Made by a program: the position numbers and the translations under genes. From Oopsacas minuta (taxonomy: Eukaryota; Animalia; Porifera): DNA of 64,000 nucleotides. Positions 44,830 through 57,255 of this stretch are shown here, piece after piece (positions within the stretch are counted from its first letter, which is position 1; the number at the start of each line of letters is the position of its first letter). The notes below the pieces were generated by a model that made no database searches, was not told the origin of the DNA, and worked only from the letters and a program-made list of their open reading frames with translations. The stretch covers positions 620,001 through 684,000 of the forward strand of contig JAKMXF010000221.1 of NCBI GenBank assembly GCA_024704765.1. Direction: 5' to 3'.

Positions 44830-45563
44830 TACTCTTCCTTAAGCTTTGTTGAATGTCCAATTGGAATAGATACATATTTATTTCCATTATGCAATACAAC
44901 GCACTTCAAGCTTCTCTTGGAATTATCAATGAATAGACGCCAATCTTCTGGTCTATATTGTGGTACTCCCATTTCCAGGAGAAGTCCTCCAATGCCATTG
45001 CAGAAGACGAGGCCTTCTTGTTGGCTAAAGTAATGAAGTAATTCTTCTTCTCTATGACGGTAATATGTTATCTTAGTTCCAGGGCTAAGAATATTCTTCT
45101 CTTTGAGCCTGGATGCCAAATTTCTGAACAGTCTTTAGACAGGCTGAGGTCCCTGATTAGATAATTGAGCTCTTCCTGATTGAATTGACCAAATAATGAA
45201 GAGCTGTCTTGGTCTCCAAGCTTTACCTCAAAGTAAGCAAATTATGCCTTTCGCACGAAGTCTGAGATACCTCTTCTTTGATCTTTCAATGTATATTCAC
45301 CACATATGTAACATTAGAACATTTTCTTCTTTGACGATTGCCATAGAGTTAGAATATGCTAGATACTTATAATTATAAAATATTGATTCTATTGAATATA
45401 CATTTGGAAAAGGTAAATAACAATATAAACATAAATGTGGACCAAAATCAAGAGCCAATCCAGCAAAGCCGATGTCATTTTCGAACTCGGCACAGCGAAC
45501 CTAGTCTAAATTCAATCTAAAATCTTAGGCAACAACAACAAAAATATATTTTCTTGTCCTGTG
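44399..45563 (-). mobile_element. internally deleted Chapaev3-type (CMC) DNA transposon
   Basis: TTA|CACTGG...CCTGTG|TTA (3-bp TWA target duplication); imperfect TIRs sharing TTGTTGCCTAAGAT.TTAGAT; transposase fragments CYICGEYT..VRKA*FAYF..KLGDQD, FNQEELNYLIRDL..LASRLKEKN and DNSKRSLKCVVLHNGNKYVSIPIGHS. Confidence 0.88.
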
Positions 45564-45595
45564 TTATTATTCCTCACTTATTAGAGTCTGAACAT

Positions 45596-46481
45596 ATGTC
45601 TTCTATTGAGAGTACAGAGGATACGCGTGATCCCATGTCCGTTTCTCTCCCTGACAACACTTCTGATCCTTTGGTATTTATTATTTGTTTGTAAATTGTA
45701 TAATTTTGTTAATTTGGTTTCCATAGTTACAATCAGATACAATTGGAATGGATATTATTCAAGAAAACACTGATAGTATTATTCCTCCAATCGGGACCCC
45801 CTTAGAGGACATAACACCTCCGGTAGACACCCCTCAGGGTGCTAATATGGACCCTAACCTCCCTCTAATAGATACTACAGGTATATATATCTTATGATAG
45901 TGTTATGTGATTAATTCGTTGTTGTTTACAGTTACTGCAGGTGATAAACCAGAGGTGTTAGAAGAGTTTAATGTAGAGAGTGTTCAAGAGGTACCAGAAG
46001 ATCAGAAGGAGGTTCCATGGGTGCAGGAGGGTATCAGGGCTCCCCCTCTATCTGATAAATTCTATAGTATAGCTCCTGAGTCAAAAGAAGAAATCAGTTA
46101 GTATAATTATTACCAATTATGAACCGGGGTGATTATTCATATTTTAACACCCTTGAACGTGTGACATAATCGTTGGTGACCCCTCAAGGGGAAGGGTATC
46201 ATTCAATGGGGCTATTATTCGAGGTGTTAGGTACAATTAATATTATTATTGTTTACTATTTAGTGTCAAGTGATGTTCTTAGAGAAGGTGTTACAAAACG
46301 TGTACCTATCCATGAGGGTGACAATGTCCCCCTCAAGGTGACCCCTATGGTATCATCTCCTCCCCCTGCCCCTGTTGTGCCCACCCAACATTCTCTACAA
46401 AGTATTTCTATTTTTATTTACCTGTTACTTCCTTTGTTTGTTGTTGTTTTTGTTATTTTAGTTTTGATGTCTTTTAACTGA
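45596..46481 (+). CDS. uncharacterised acidic/Pro-rich protein with a C-terminal TM helix (tail-anchored-like), multi-exon
   Basis: Short coding-like exons at ~45596-45672, ~45729-45880, ~45930-46097 and ~46263-46481 separated by GT-AG introns; ends IFIYLLLPLFVVVFVILVLMSFN. The 5' end is uncertain. Confidence 0.55.
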
Positions 46482-46680
46482 TATTTGTTTGTTTACTTGT
46501 TTACTTAATGATTTATTTTATGTTTGGAAATCACTAATAATTGTTTGTTTGTGTTTATTTGTAATATATATTACACGTGCTTATGAATTCTGGAATATTT
46601 GCGAGATATGGCGATTAAGGCATCGACCAATCAGATTTCGATATGATTAATTTTTAGCCCTTTGAGCTATTTTATTCGTT

Positions 46681-47754
46681 ATGACAGAACAACAGAAGTT
46701 CTATGAATCCTCGCTTCCTGATTGGTCAAGATATCTCTGGTCTCTATTCTACAAATCCTCTCCTGTTTTATTAAACCAATCAGAATGCAGGATGTTACAA
46801 GCTCTTGACAACAGATACACTTTATGGAATGTTAACATTGCGCCAAACACATTTATACACACTCTGCATATCAAACATTCCAGCGCGTATCCTAGCAACC
46901 GACCTCCCCTGTTAGTATTACATGGAATGGGGGCCGGGATTGGTCTGTTTGTGAAGAATCTTGACACCTTTTCAGAACACACAGATGTCTATGCTATCGA
47001 TATTTTAGGATTTGGAAGAAGTTCTAAACCTATTTTTAGTAACAAGCCTAATGAATTGATTGGTCAATTCGTTCAGTCAATAGAGGACTGGAGATCAGCT
47101 GTTGGTTTGAAACAGCTGATTCTATTGGGTCATAGTTTTGGCGGGTTTATAGCGACTAATTACGCGCTCAAATTTCCAGACAGGGTCGTGAAGCTAGTTC
47201 TAGCGGAACCATGGGGATTCCCGGCCCTAACAACAAGTAGAGGAAATAGGAATGCACGATATAAAGGTTTTAGATGTAGAGTATTCATTCTTCTGGTATC
47301 CATGGTTACCATATATCTTAAACTATTCCAACCTTTCTCTTTCATTCGATGGAGTTTTGGATTTGCTAAGTATTTGTTATTGTTTACAAGAAGTGATTTA
47401 ACTAAGTTGTTTATTGGTTGTGTTTACCCAGAAGAGCTTTGTAGTTATATTTACCATTTTAACTGTCAATACCCTTCTGGGGAGATGGCCTTCTCTAATT
47501 TACACATTCCATTCGGAAAGTGTAATTATTCACTGTTACCAGATAGAATATTACAAATTGATTCTGGAATTCCTATACATTTTCTTTATGGAACTGATTC
47601 TTGGATTAGTTCTAATAGTGGTTTCAGTTCCAAATACCTTTTGACTAATTCCGTTACTGTGGATATTATAGAAGGAGCTAGTCATCATATTTATGGTGAA
47701 AATACTGGAAAATTCAATTTGTTGGTTTGTGAGTATTTGAAACAAGTTTGTTGA
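46681..47754 (+). CDS. ABHD4: alpha/beta hydrolase, ABHD4/ABHD5 family (Ser nucleophile retained, ABHD4-like)
   Basis: PPLLVLHGMGAG, YAIDILGFGRSSKP, LLGHSFGGF, LAEPWGF, PSGEMAF, GASHHIY. Confidence 0.85.
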   Translation: MTEQQKFYESSLPDWSRYLWSLFYKSSPVLLNQSECRMLQALDNRYTLWNVNIAPNTFIHTLHIKHSSAYPSNRPPLLVLHGMGAGIGLFVKNLDTFSEHTDVYAIDILGFGRSSKPIFSNKPNELIGQFVQSIEDWRSAVGLKQLILLGHSFGGFIATNYALKFPDRVVKLVLAEPWGFPALTTSRGNRNARYKGFRCRVFILLVSMVTIYLKLFQPFSFIRWSFGFAKYLLLFTRSDLTKLFIGCVYPEELCSYIYHFNCQYPSGEMAFSNLHIPFGKCNYSLLPDRILQIDSGIPIHFLYGTDSWISSNSGFSSKYLLTNSVTVDIIEGASHHIYGENTGKFNLLVCEYLKQVC

Positions 47755-47989
47755 TTTTATTTTGTTTGTTTGTTTGAGTATCGAATTTTTGAAATTTATA
47801 TAAATATATTCTTCTATCATTTGTATATTCCTATTAATTCGATTTATATTCTCCCGCCTAGAATTTCAGATACCCCGCCTAAAATATAAATATCCCGCCT
47901 ATCTATCTATTAGCCCGCCTAAATATGAGAAATAAGCCAATCACATTAATCCTATCTATTCCGCACTTATAATACATAAAATCTTAAAA

Positions 47990-49462
47990 TTATGAATTGT
48001 TTTGGAAATATTTGTTTGGAACAAGAAAGTAGTCACTCTCTTTACATGTCTCGCTGTCATTTACCGGATACTGTAGAGGGAAATTAGTTGTTGCAGATAG
48101 ATATGGGTGCTCAAATACCTTGTGGTTGTCCCTAGATACGCCTTCGTTACTTTGCAATTCCAAATATTCACTTTCAACCTCGTTATCGTTTCGCAGTTCG
48201 TCTTGTTCCCTAATCACTACTTTGATACCAAGGTCCCTAGCTGCTGTTGGGTCTACCCTGTTGGCAGACACGTAAATCCCCCTGTCCTTAATCTTTGCCC
48301 TCTCTGAAGCGGGCGGAGGCTCTAGAGGAGGGACCTCGACTGACCCTAGAGGAGATTTAGTTTTCGGTTTGTACTTCGATCGAATCATTGATTTATACCA
48401 ATCATCCCTGATATCAGCACTCTTGATACAAATAGTGCATTGTACGATATTATTTGACCACAATTGTATCAAATTTTTGGACCTTCCTTCATCCTTTGGT
48501 ACAATCTCGTAGTCATCAAGCGAGTAAATTAGTTCCGATTGGTCATCAGCATAATTCCGGGATACATACATATTCTTACCAACAAGTGTGATATACATTT
48601 GAGTGTATTTCCCTGATTTAGACTTGAATTTTACGTGAGACGATCTGAGAGAGTTCGATAACAGAGTCGATTCGCCGGTTAAGTCCTCATTACTGAGTCT
48701 CAGTATGTCGCTACAAGATCCGGTGGGCTTCATCTTGGGGACATCTATGCTAAGATTGTCCTCTGAAGAGGACAGGGGTGAAATCTTACGGTTCAAAGGT
48801 TCAGGGGTCGGTAGCCAGTCCATGGGGTTGTTATTCAGGTTGATATCATAACTACGAGTTAGGGTGTCAGAATCTTTTGGTTCCAGACTGGTTTTAGTTG
48901 GTTCCAGACTAGTTTTATTTGGTTCCTGTTGTATGTTAGTGTTCTTAATTCTAGACATAGAGTTCAAATTAACACCTAACTCACAACAAGAATTGCTCAC
49001 TTTTAAGTCCTTTCTTTTCATCCCCGCCTCTTTGTGGACATTTCCCTGCGTGAGATTGTTCCTCGGCGGGAGAGTGGGGGGAAACCTAGAAGGAGCCCTA
49101 GGGGGCAATTCTTGTGGGACCGCTAAGTACTGTTCTGGGTCTTTTATCTGTATATCAGCTGATTTGACGGGAGCAATGACTGGCAATTCTTTTTTAACTA
49201 CTTTCGTAGATTCAATTTTAGAATTTCTCCTGACCCTCTCTAGCGTCTCTTCGAAATTCTTTTTTGAACATCCGACATGCTCTGACATTTGGCGCCTATT
49301 TTTGTTGTTGTCATCTTTTTGTTGTTTCCATTCCTCGATTAAGTTCTTTACAAGTGAAGATAAATATTTTTGTTCCTTATTGCTGTCTGGTATTGTGTTT
49401 ATGAATCTTAACACCTCTTCAAAGCAGGAAATAGTTTGTGTAACTAAGATATTGAATGACAT
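47990..49462 (-). CDS. PH-domain adaptor-like protein with Pro-rich motifs and C-terminal Tyr motifs
   Basis: PPRAPSRFPPTLPPR; PH-like region KSKSGKYTQMYITL...RDDWYKSM; EYLEL and DYFLVP. Confidence 0.65.
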   Translation of the reverse strand: MSFNILVTQTISCFEEVLRFINTIPDSNKEQKYLSSLVKNLIEEWKQQKDDNNKNRRQMSEHVGCSKKNFEETLERVRRNSKIESTKVVKKELPVIAPVKSADIQIKDPEQYLAVPQELPPRAPSRFPPTLPPRNNLTQGNVHKEAGMKRKDLKVSNSCCELGVNLNSMSRIKNTNIQQEPNKTSLEPTKTSLEPKDSDTLTRSYDINLNNNPMDWLPTPEPLNRKISPLSSSEDNLSIDVPKMKPTGSCSDILRLSNEDLTGESTLLSNSLRSSHVKFKSKSGKYTQMYITLVGKNMYVSRNYADDQSELIYSLDDYEIVPKDEGRSKNLIQLWSNNIVQCTICIKSADIRDDWYKSMIRSKYKPKTKSPLGSVEVPPLEPPPASERAKIKDRGIYVSANRVDPTAARDLGIKVVIREQDELRNDNEVESEYLELQSNEGVSRDNHKVFEHPYLSATTNFPLQYPVNDSETCKESDYFLVPNKYFQNNS

Positions 49463-50398
49463 TTTGCTGTATATATTCCTTTAGGAAAGTTATATATACT
49501 TCATGTACAGAGAAAATAGCTTACGAACACTTAGCAACAGTTGTGTATTACTGGAATTTGGATTATTTTAGTTGTATATTATTCATCACTATTTTGTGAT
49601 TCTAACCTTTTATCATATTTGGATTGAGGACAACTTATGGTACTATTGGTACTGGTCTTATTCATATTCTAATCGGTGCCATCTCCTTGGTAACCTGATC
49701 AGTTATTTGGTATTTGGATACATGTATACGTTACATAGATACGAGGAATGATTTAGGTTTAATCAATCAAATTACAGTTTAATAAAGGTGTTACAAGTGG
49801 ATACAGTCCCGTACTTGAATGTAACCAATAGAATACTCGGAATACTGTAATCTGATAAGTCAAGATATTTTGTGAGGTTGTAGCATATTTCAATATTTTG
49901 TATATATAATCTTACATTCCATTTGGTTGCTATAATCTCCATATTAAAGTTATTAGAATATTATCAATAAACAGCTGATATTTCTGATCACTCAATTTCC
50001 ACAAATTCATTTTGTAATAATAACTTTTCACTGAAATATTTATAAATTCTTTGTTGTATTTATTCCTTTGTTTTTGTTTATTTCACTGTTTGAATCATCT
50101 AACACATCATTGTAGGCGCCATATGTAGCTATTGATTTCATTGGTTGAGAATACTCAATACTTACATATTCACATGAATGCAATGGGTCCTCTTTAATTG
50201 TTCCCTTCTGACCCATTGCCCTCTGTATCTAATAAATGGTATCCATCCGCGGACCAATACTGGGCGCTATTTACAGGTGCCAACAATGTACACTGTCTCT
50301 TCCACTATTAGAATTCCATCTCCCAATACTGTTGTTAGGCAAGATATAACAAATATGTGTTTATTATTTTGATTCCATAAATAAAATACAATAACAAT

Positions 50399-51379
50399 CT
50401 ATTCAGAAGAATCATTAGTGATTTCTCCATCTCCTGAATATTGTATAATCATAGAATCATGCCACACGTCTATGTCACCTTCTAACCGACACTTCCATTT
50501 TCCTCTGCTCTTACAGACGCTATAAATAGAATAATATTAATCACATTTTCACACCTTTTGATATATTTCAGTAACCTCACACCTCGGGCAATTTTCTGGC
50601 CAAATTCTGTCAGGTCTGTAGGAGATGGCGACACAATTTTCACACCTCAACACCCTCGATAATCCCAATTTTTCTAACACAAAAGTATTTTGAGAAAGCA
50701 TTCGTGAAATCAATTTACTAATTATAGACTGAAAGCAGATTTTGATTGGTCAGGAAATGTTTCGTTTGTGATTATTAATAAAATAAATTTGTAATATTTA
50801 TTCAATTTTTAGAATTTATGTAACAACTCAGCTCCGTCTGCTTTCAGTTCCGATTAGGTTTCAAGTTTTCTAAGCATTTTGTTACAATGGAATGCTTAGG
50901 AAATATGGCGCCTATTCAACTAGCCAATCTATTTTATTTCTGCAAGTCAGTTAGCGACAAACTTATTATCCATGGTTTCTATCTAATTACTATATTTGTT
51001 ATTATCCATAGTCCATTAATACAATAACTTACCATAATGTGTTATCCTCAGTTCTATATGAAGTACCGTAACTAGCTATTTGTGTATCAGCTGATCTTCC
51101 TAATAGGTTATAGTAACATCCATTCTCTAAACAACAAACAATTTTAATATAACAAATAACAAATATTCTCTTATTTTTGGACTTACCTATTGGTCTGCAG
51201 TAACCAGGAAGTTGGTGTGTGTCTCCTGGGTTCCTCACACATGCTAGTCCAACTTCACACCTTCCATATTGCCCCCACACCCCCCCACATATCTCTGTAT
51301 TCTGTTTGGAACATATTTTGCAACAACCACACACATCAAGATAGAATGAACCCACACATTCCTGATTTTGACAATTTTC
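50399..51379 (-). CDS. IGFBP N-terminal domain protein with a Cys-rich (VWC-like) segment; partial, micro-exons
   Basis: ECVGSFYLDVCGCCKICSKQ..CGGVWGQYGRCEVGLAC (xCGCCxxC motif); later exons WPENCP and VCKSRGKWKC. One junction could not be phased, and the 5' exon was not found. Confidence 0.65.
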
Positions 51380-54300
51380 CTGTGGAAAGTAAAGATAATT
51401 ATATTACTGCTAACTGTAGAGATTATAGCGGGAGGTGTAGATACATATTATTTGACACATGTTACTCTGCTTCACACCTGTTAATAGTTTGCAGAATATT
51501 TGTTGTTATCCATGGTTCATACAGCCAAATCTTAATTCAAATTAAATGATATAACTTGTATATGACTATATTCCTGACTTAATAAGGTCACATCAGGAAT
51601 CGGTACACAGGACAAGTTGACACTATTAAAAGGGGAAAAATGTGTTTTGTATTATTATTTATTTGTAACACTTACTAAATATTTGTTACACTTTTTCCTG
51701 CAAGAAAGTAAATTTGCTTTTTTCAAAACTAAAATGAAAAATACAAACAATAAACAATTTCTAAATATTTGCATTTTGGATTCTCTAATTTGTAATTTGA
51801 TTAATTTACTATTATTTATAGTTTTGTGTTAGGACACAATTTCTCTGCCACCACAAACCACTTGAATGTGACACAATTTAGAATCAATTAAAATACTTCC
51901 TAGATTCCTCAAACTGGTAGCAGTCATCATTCATTTATTTCCATAAATTAGCTCTAATCCAAATGTGGTTATTTAAGATAGTGTCAATAACTGGAACTAA
52001 TTGTGCTGAGGTTATACAGTCATAGTTCCATATTGGTTAATAGGATATTCAGTTTGTATATGCTGGTATTATCTGGAATTCGTTAGGTTTCAGTTCTACC
52101 GTATTATCACCTATCTCAGGGAGTTATTGAGATATGTATTATTAGATTAATGACATTCCACAACTATAGTAGTTCAACTGAAACGATGGATATTATTGCC
52201 CCGTATGAGCTCACGATCGAACCTCAAACTATGAATACTTTCGATACTATTGTGCCATAAGAGACCCTCCTCTTTACAATCTAATTTATACTTGTCTCAT
52301 ATTTCTAGCTTAATGTGTAGGTCATTTATCCGATTATGTAATTGTTAATATTAGAATTACTTAACAGAGCATTTATTGCTGGATTGAATTTCTATATTCA
52401 TTTACTGTTGCTATGATTAGAGACCAGTGTAGAATATATTTCTGGTCATATCTGATCTAGCTGACAAACACACAAACAAGCAAACAAGCAAACACAGCGA
52501 GCGTAGCGAATATTGGACCGCGAACCACTGTTCCTTGTCTTCAAGCCTTTTGGAGACATACGGGGAACAATGAAGTTTATGCGGCAATTCCTACATAACT
52601 CATTTCGAAGCGATCAAAGTATGTCGTCCTGTTCAAATATAAGAATTTCGTTGTCATTCAAAGAATATATCCTGTCTATTACAATAGTTATGTCCAATAC
52701 ATTCCTAGCTCGTTGCCTAGTAACCACCAATTATGTCAATTACATATTACAAATCTTCTGCTCTGTTATGTTATCATATATCATATCGTAATGGGAATAT
52801 CTCTACCTGTTAGTTTCAGTAAGGATCAATTACACACAGAGTAGGACATTACTGAATCTTTGTCCGCAAGATCCTGGAGGATCTATTAGTACAATTGCTG
52901 TGAAAATTGGCACATAGGTATGTCATGGGGTGTAGATGTAGACCTGAGGACATCAAGTTTCTATAATTAATATTTTCACACCTTTTTTTGAGTTTGCTAG
53001 ATTTTCACACTTAAGTTATCGCTGTGAACAATTTTCAACTGCAATGTATTCGTTATTCAGGTATGTCACATGTAGATATGATTATTTATCATATGATAAA
53101 CCATATTTACACCTTTCATGAATTCTTAACATTTCAAATTATACAAAACAACAATAAACAATACATATAGGATTATATAATCGGAAAAATCAATAAACCG
53201 TCAGTTCTATCTGCTATTAAATCAAATATTAGTATTTGCCCCAGAGGTGTCAGTCCCTATAAATATTCTGATTAGCTACTCTGATGAGTAGAGCTGTCTT
53301 ATGAAATATTCTGAATTGATAAATCATATTTATTTATTTGTTTGTTTGTTTGTTTGTTTGTTTGTTGATTACTTTAATTCGTATTTCAACTACTACAATG
53401 TTTGGACATATATAAGAGGAATCTCATTTCTCTGGAAAAGGTGACAATTGTGTCGACCTGTCAGATTTTAGGGTTCATTGGCTGATGTTATACTTGTAAA
53501 TATGTTATTAATTATTCACACCTTTCTGAGACTGTATATCATTGGTTTATGAGAACACAAACTTGTCTATAATTAGAATTACTTTACTAGTAAACAAACA
53601 GTTTACGTTTGTTGTTATTTATAAGTTTGTACATTTATCTTATAATATTCTTTTGCGTATTTTACATATTTCTGCAATCAAATCGATCTAATTTGAATTA
53701 AATATTACATATTTGAGATGATTTTAGTCATTTTTCCGTCTCAGCTGATTTCAAATAGCTGATTAGTATTCTTGGAAAATATTGTACAGAATTTCCAGAG
53801 TTTATTATTGGAACTATTTTTGTTTGTTTAATCAGATGTAAATATATTTGTTGTCCTGTTTACATTTATTGCTTATCATTACTGAAGTAATCAATAAATT
53901 GAAATTTACTCTATTTTTACAGAATTGTATATTTCTTATAATTCTTACAATAGTTTTAACCAATAGAATATCAAGTTACACATGATGGGAGCGCGGGTTC
54001 ATGCAGAACAGCTGATCACCATCATATACCTACAATCCTTTAGGGGTAATGTTTTCGCTCTGCTGTTCACACCTTCAGAGATTAAGACACCAAATTTGGC
54101 ATGTGTACTCGTAGTGATATCTAGTTATGCGCCTGACATTTGAAAAATTTCTAATGTGTATATTTTCACACTTTTTGACACCTCTGTATTTTAGCCCAAT
54201 CAGATTGTAGGGTTTACAATTAGGCATAAATACATAAAATTAGTTCTGATGGAATGTTTGTATTGATTGTAGACTGTAATTCTATTGGTCAATACATTAT

Positions 54301-54856
54301 ATCAATAAATATACACTGATTAATCATATTTTCACACCTTTTGGTGAACATTTCAGAATTATCCTAGAGATTAGCTTCCACTTGTTATGTAGGGGTAAAC
54401 AGGGACGTAGAATTCGATTCTAACATTATTAAATGTCTAACAAGATTATTTATATACACTTTGAGATTTTTGTTAAAATGGATATTTAGTAGAATTTTAT
54501 AGTTTCAATAATCCACTGAAATCAGTTTCATATTGGTTGTACATACGTGTATATTGTAATTAATACTGTTCGGATTACTTACATATTTCGAGTATTTAGT
54601 AGTTGCTTATGTCCACTACTATGTTTATTACGCACTTGTTGTCCTTTATCCTTTGTAAACGACTATATTTAGAATGTGAATTTATCTCAAATTAGAACAT
54701 CAATATATGGATAACCTCTAAGCAGATTATTGAATACTTTCAGTTTGTATATTATATGACTAATAATATTTATTATCTCATTTGTAATTGTTACTATAAA
54801 AGCAAATAAATTATGATAAATAACAATAACAATAACAATAACAACAAATAATTACA

Positions 54857-55309
54857 ATGTTAAAATCAGATAATGTTTGTATAATATCAAAATGTAATCG
54901 AGCTATTTGTATACTGAAAGATAACTACAAAGATCTCCTACAGAATGGAGGCGATAATTTTCTTGATATTGTTGATATAGACAAACTTGTTTACACAAAA
55001 GCATCTAAACTAACACCTCTCCTAGACACAAATGTGTTCAGTGAGATTGAAAAGAATTGGATCAAAGAGAACAGAAGGAAGGCAATAAACAGAAAAACAG
55101 CAGGAGAGTCACGTGACCGCAAAAAACGCGAACAATCAAAACTAGTAAATGATTTAAAATATCTTGAACGATACCGAGATGTGTTAAGTCAACAGAAAGA
55201 AGAATTTATTGAGGAGATTTATGGCCTAAAATGGGGTATTCGGAAAATGTCTTTTGAATACTCACTAGCTATTCCTACCAATCAACTGGGAGTTTATTCT
55301 AACACCTAG
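54857..55309 (+). CDS. bZIP protein (Maf/Nrf-like spacing)
   Basis: FSEIEKNWIKENRRKAINRKTAGESRDRKK followed by a zipper. Confidence 0.75.
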   Translation: MLKSDNVCIISKCNRAICILKDNYKDLLQNGGDNFLDIVDIDKLVYTKASKLTPLLDTNVFSEIEKNWIKENRRKAINRKTAGESRDRKKREQSKLVNDLKYLERYRDVLSQQKEEFIEEIYGLKWGIRKMSFEYSLAIPTNQLGVYSNT

Positions 55310-55952
55310 ACGCTGACACTTAATTTAATTATCATGTTTCTAAACTTTTGTAGAAATATTCTTTGTACTCATATTTTATTGAGGATTATCATAGGTATAT
55401 TATTCACATTCCTATCTGTTGCTATGGTATCAAATTCACTAATTTGACAATTATGTAATCTAATTGGTTGATTTAATAATTACAAAGAGTGAATAAGCAA
55501 AAATGGGTCTATAATATTAATAGAATTTCTTATTGGTTTTGTCGCTTTGATACCCACTTTTTGTAAATGTATTGTATTATTCATTAAAGTGTGATAATTT
55601 CCGCAATCAGCTGATTAGAGCTATATCTAGAAATACAGTAGATGCTATGTAATTAATATTTATAATATCAAATGCGAATGTCCTTTTATCAGAGTTTCAA
55701 TTTGTGCTATCACTTCCTCCAACTATTGTCTTGAAAATGAAATTTGTTTATTCTAATATTTTGTGCTCTAAAGTTGTTAGTTAATTGAATTTTGTAAGAA
55801 TTTTTCTTCTGAAAATCCAAAGATTCAATTCATCATAAACACCTTATTATTCTACAAATTTAGTATATTAACTGATTAAAAACATTTATCGTAGAATTCC
55901 TCATTTATAGAAGTGTTAGACGTAATTATCTCTAAAGTATTCCCATTCCACC

Positions 55953-56111
55953 TTCCCCTGCTATACAGGTTCCCCTGCTATACAGGTTCCCCTGTTATAC
56001 AGGTTCTCCTGTTATGCAGGTTCCCCTGTTATACAGGTTCTCCTGTTATACAGGTTCCCCTGCTATACAGGTTCCCCTGTGATACAGGTTCCCCTGCTAT
56101 ACAGGTTCCCC
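55953..56111. repeat. 17-bp tandem repeat TTC(C/T)CCTG(C/T)TATACAGG, about 9.4 copies
   Basis: Read directly from the sequence; each unit carries a near-palindrome CCTG.TATA.CAGG. Confidence 0.95.
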
Positions 56112-56454
56112 GCTTATAAGTTTGTACTTCTGTAATGGAACTAACTGGTTTCATAATATTATACATGATTTAGGATATTTCACTTTGAAATGGAAAATCT
56201 ATAAATTTGTGCTAATAATAGAATATGGCGCCATTTTGACGGATGTTTAATAAACTGAATTATGAATATAACTTATAGTTCTTGTTTAATACGTGTTACT
56301 TCCATTATACGCATATTTCTGGTACAGTTTATTCACGTTTTAGCGGGTCATATACTTGTTTATATTTATTTAAACTATAAAATATACAAATACAGATAAA
56401 TATCAATAAAATACAAACAAACAACTTTACACATAAACACTTGAGTAAATATAA

Positions 56455-57255
56455 TTAATCCATTTGTACATATTTATGCATTTTCTTATCTGTATTATTC
56501 CTTGGAATTCTGTTATACTGTAGTCTAATTAACCACACACAAACACACAAAATAACAATAATAATAATAATAGCAATGAAGGAGCTGACGACTGTTATCG
56601 ATATTTTAGCTGCCATAGTTAAACCCTCTGGCCTGGGACAGTTCTCTACAAAAGTAACTAAGAAACAGAATGGAGGGTTGTGGTAGTGACATTGTATGTA
56701 TATTGTAAAGTTAATGAAGTTATAACTGTCAACATCTGTGAAGTTTACATATAAATAAGAGTCCCCCTCGCCCCCCATAGTGAAATTAATCCCCTTTAGG
56801 TTCCAGTTTGGAGTGCAAGTAGCAGCTGGGTTGTATAGCTTGCAGGAATTATTCTCTAACTCTTTCAGTTTATATTTTATTAAGAGGCCTGGTTTCCTAG
56901 GGACCCTGATCCAAGGATTGTAGCCTAGACCCTCAAATCTGTCCGTACATCCTCTGCAGAAATAGGGGATACTGTTGTTAGACCGTAGCTCACACACCTA
57001 TACAATATTTGTTTGTTTATATAAAACTGTAAATAATAATATAATACAAACAGTATAGTAATATAGCGGTTCCCAGGCTAATTCACCCGTGGACACCCTT
57101 GCTGAGGTCTGGACCCCCCTGCTGTCTTCTGTGTACCATATGTTTGTAACCGCTATAGACCTGCTATGAACGGTGCTGTTATGATTGTTATCTGTTGAAC
57201 CATGGACTAATAACATTGTAAAGTTAACATTCTTAACAGTATTTATTGCAACCAT
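56455..57255 (-). CDS. uncharacterised single-pass type I membrane protein (N-glycosylation-rich, Cys-containing)
   Basis: ORFs 56998-57255 and 56455-56997 join across a ~50-nt intron; TM IAIIIIIVILCVCVWLI. A signal-peptide-like exon lies near 57810-57900. Confidence 0.55.

Noticed and set aside
44648-44899. ORFs with poly-Leu or poly-Ile runs
   Set aside because: They are translations of the (ATT)n microsatellite within the transposon.
48864-49484. 206-aa plus-strand ORF and similar antisense ORFs (e.g. 3217-3792, 39172-39594, 41095-41409)
   Set aside because: They are shadow frames fully overlapping well-supported genes on the other strand or frame, with no recognisable motifs.
53275-53335. 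CTGATGA...GAAA spacing resembling a hammerhead
   Set aside because: No G10.1-C11.1 pair, weak stem II and no stem I.
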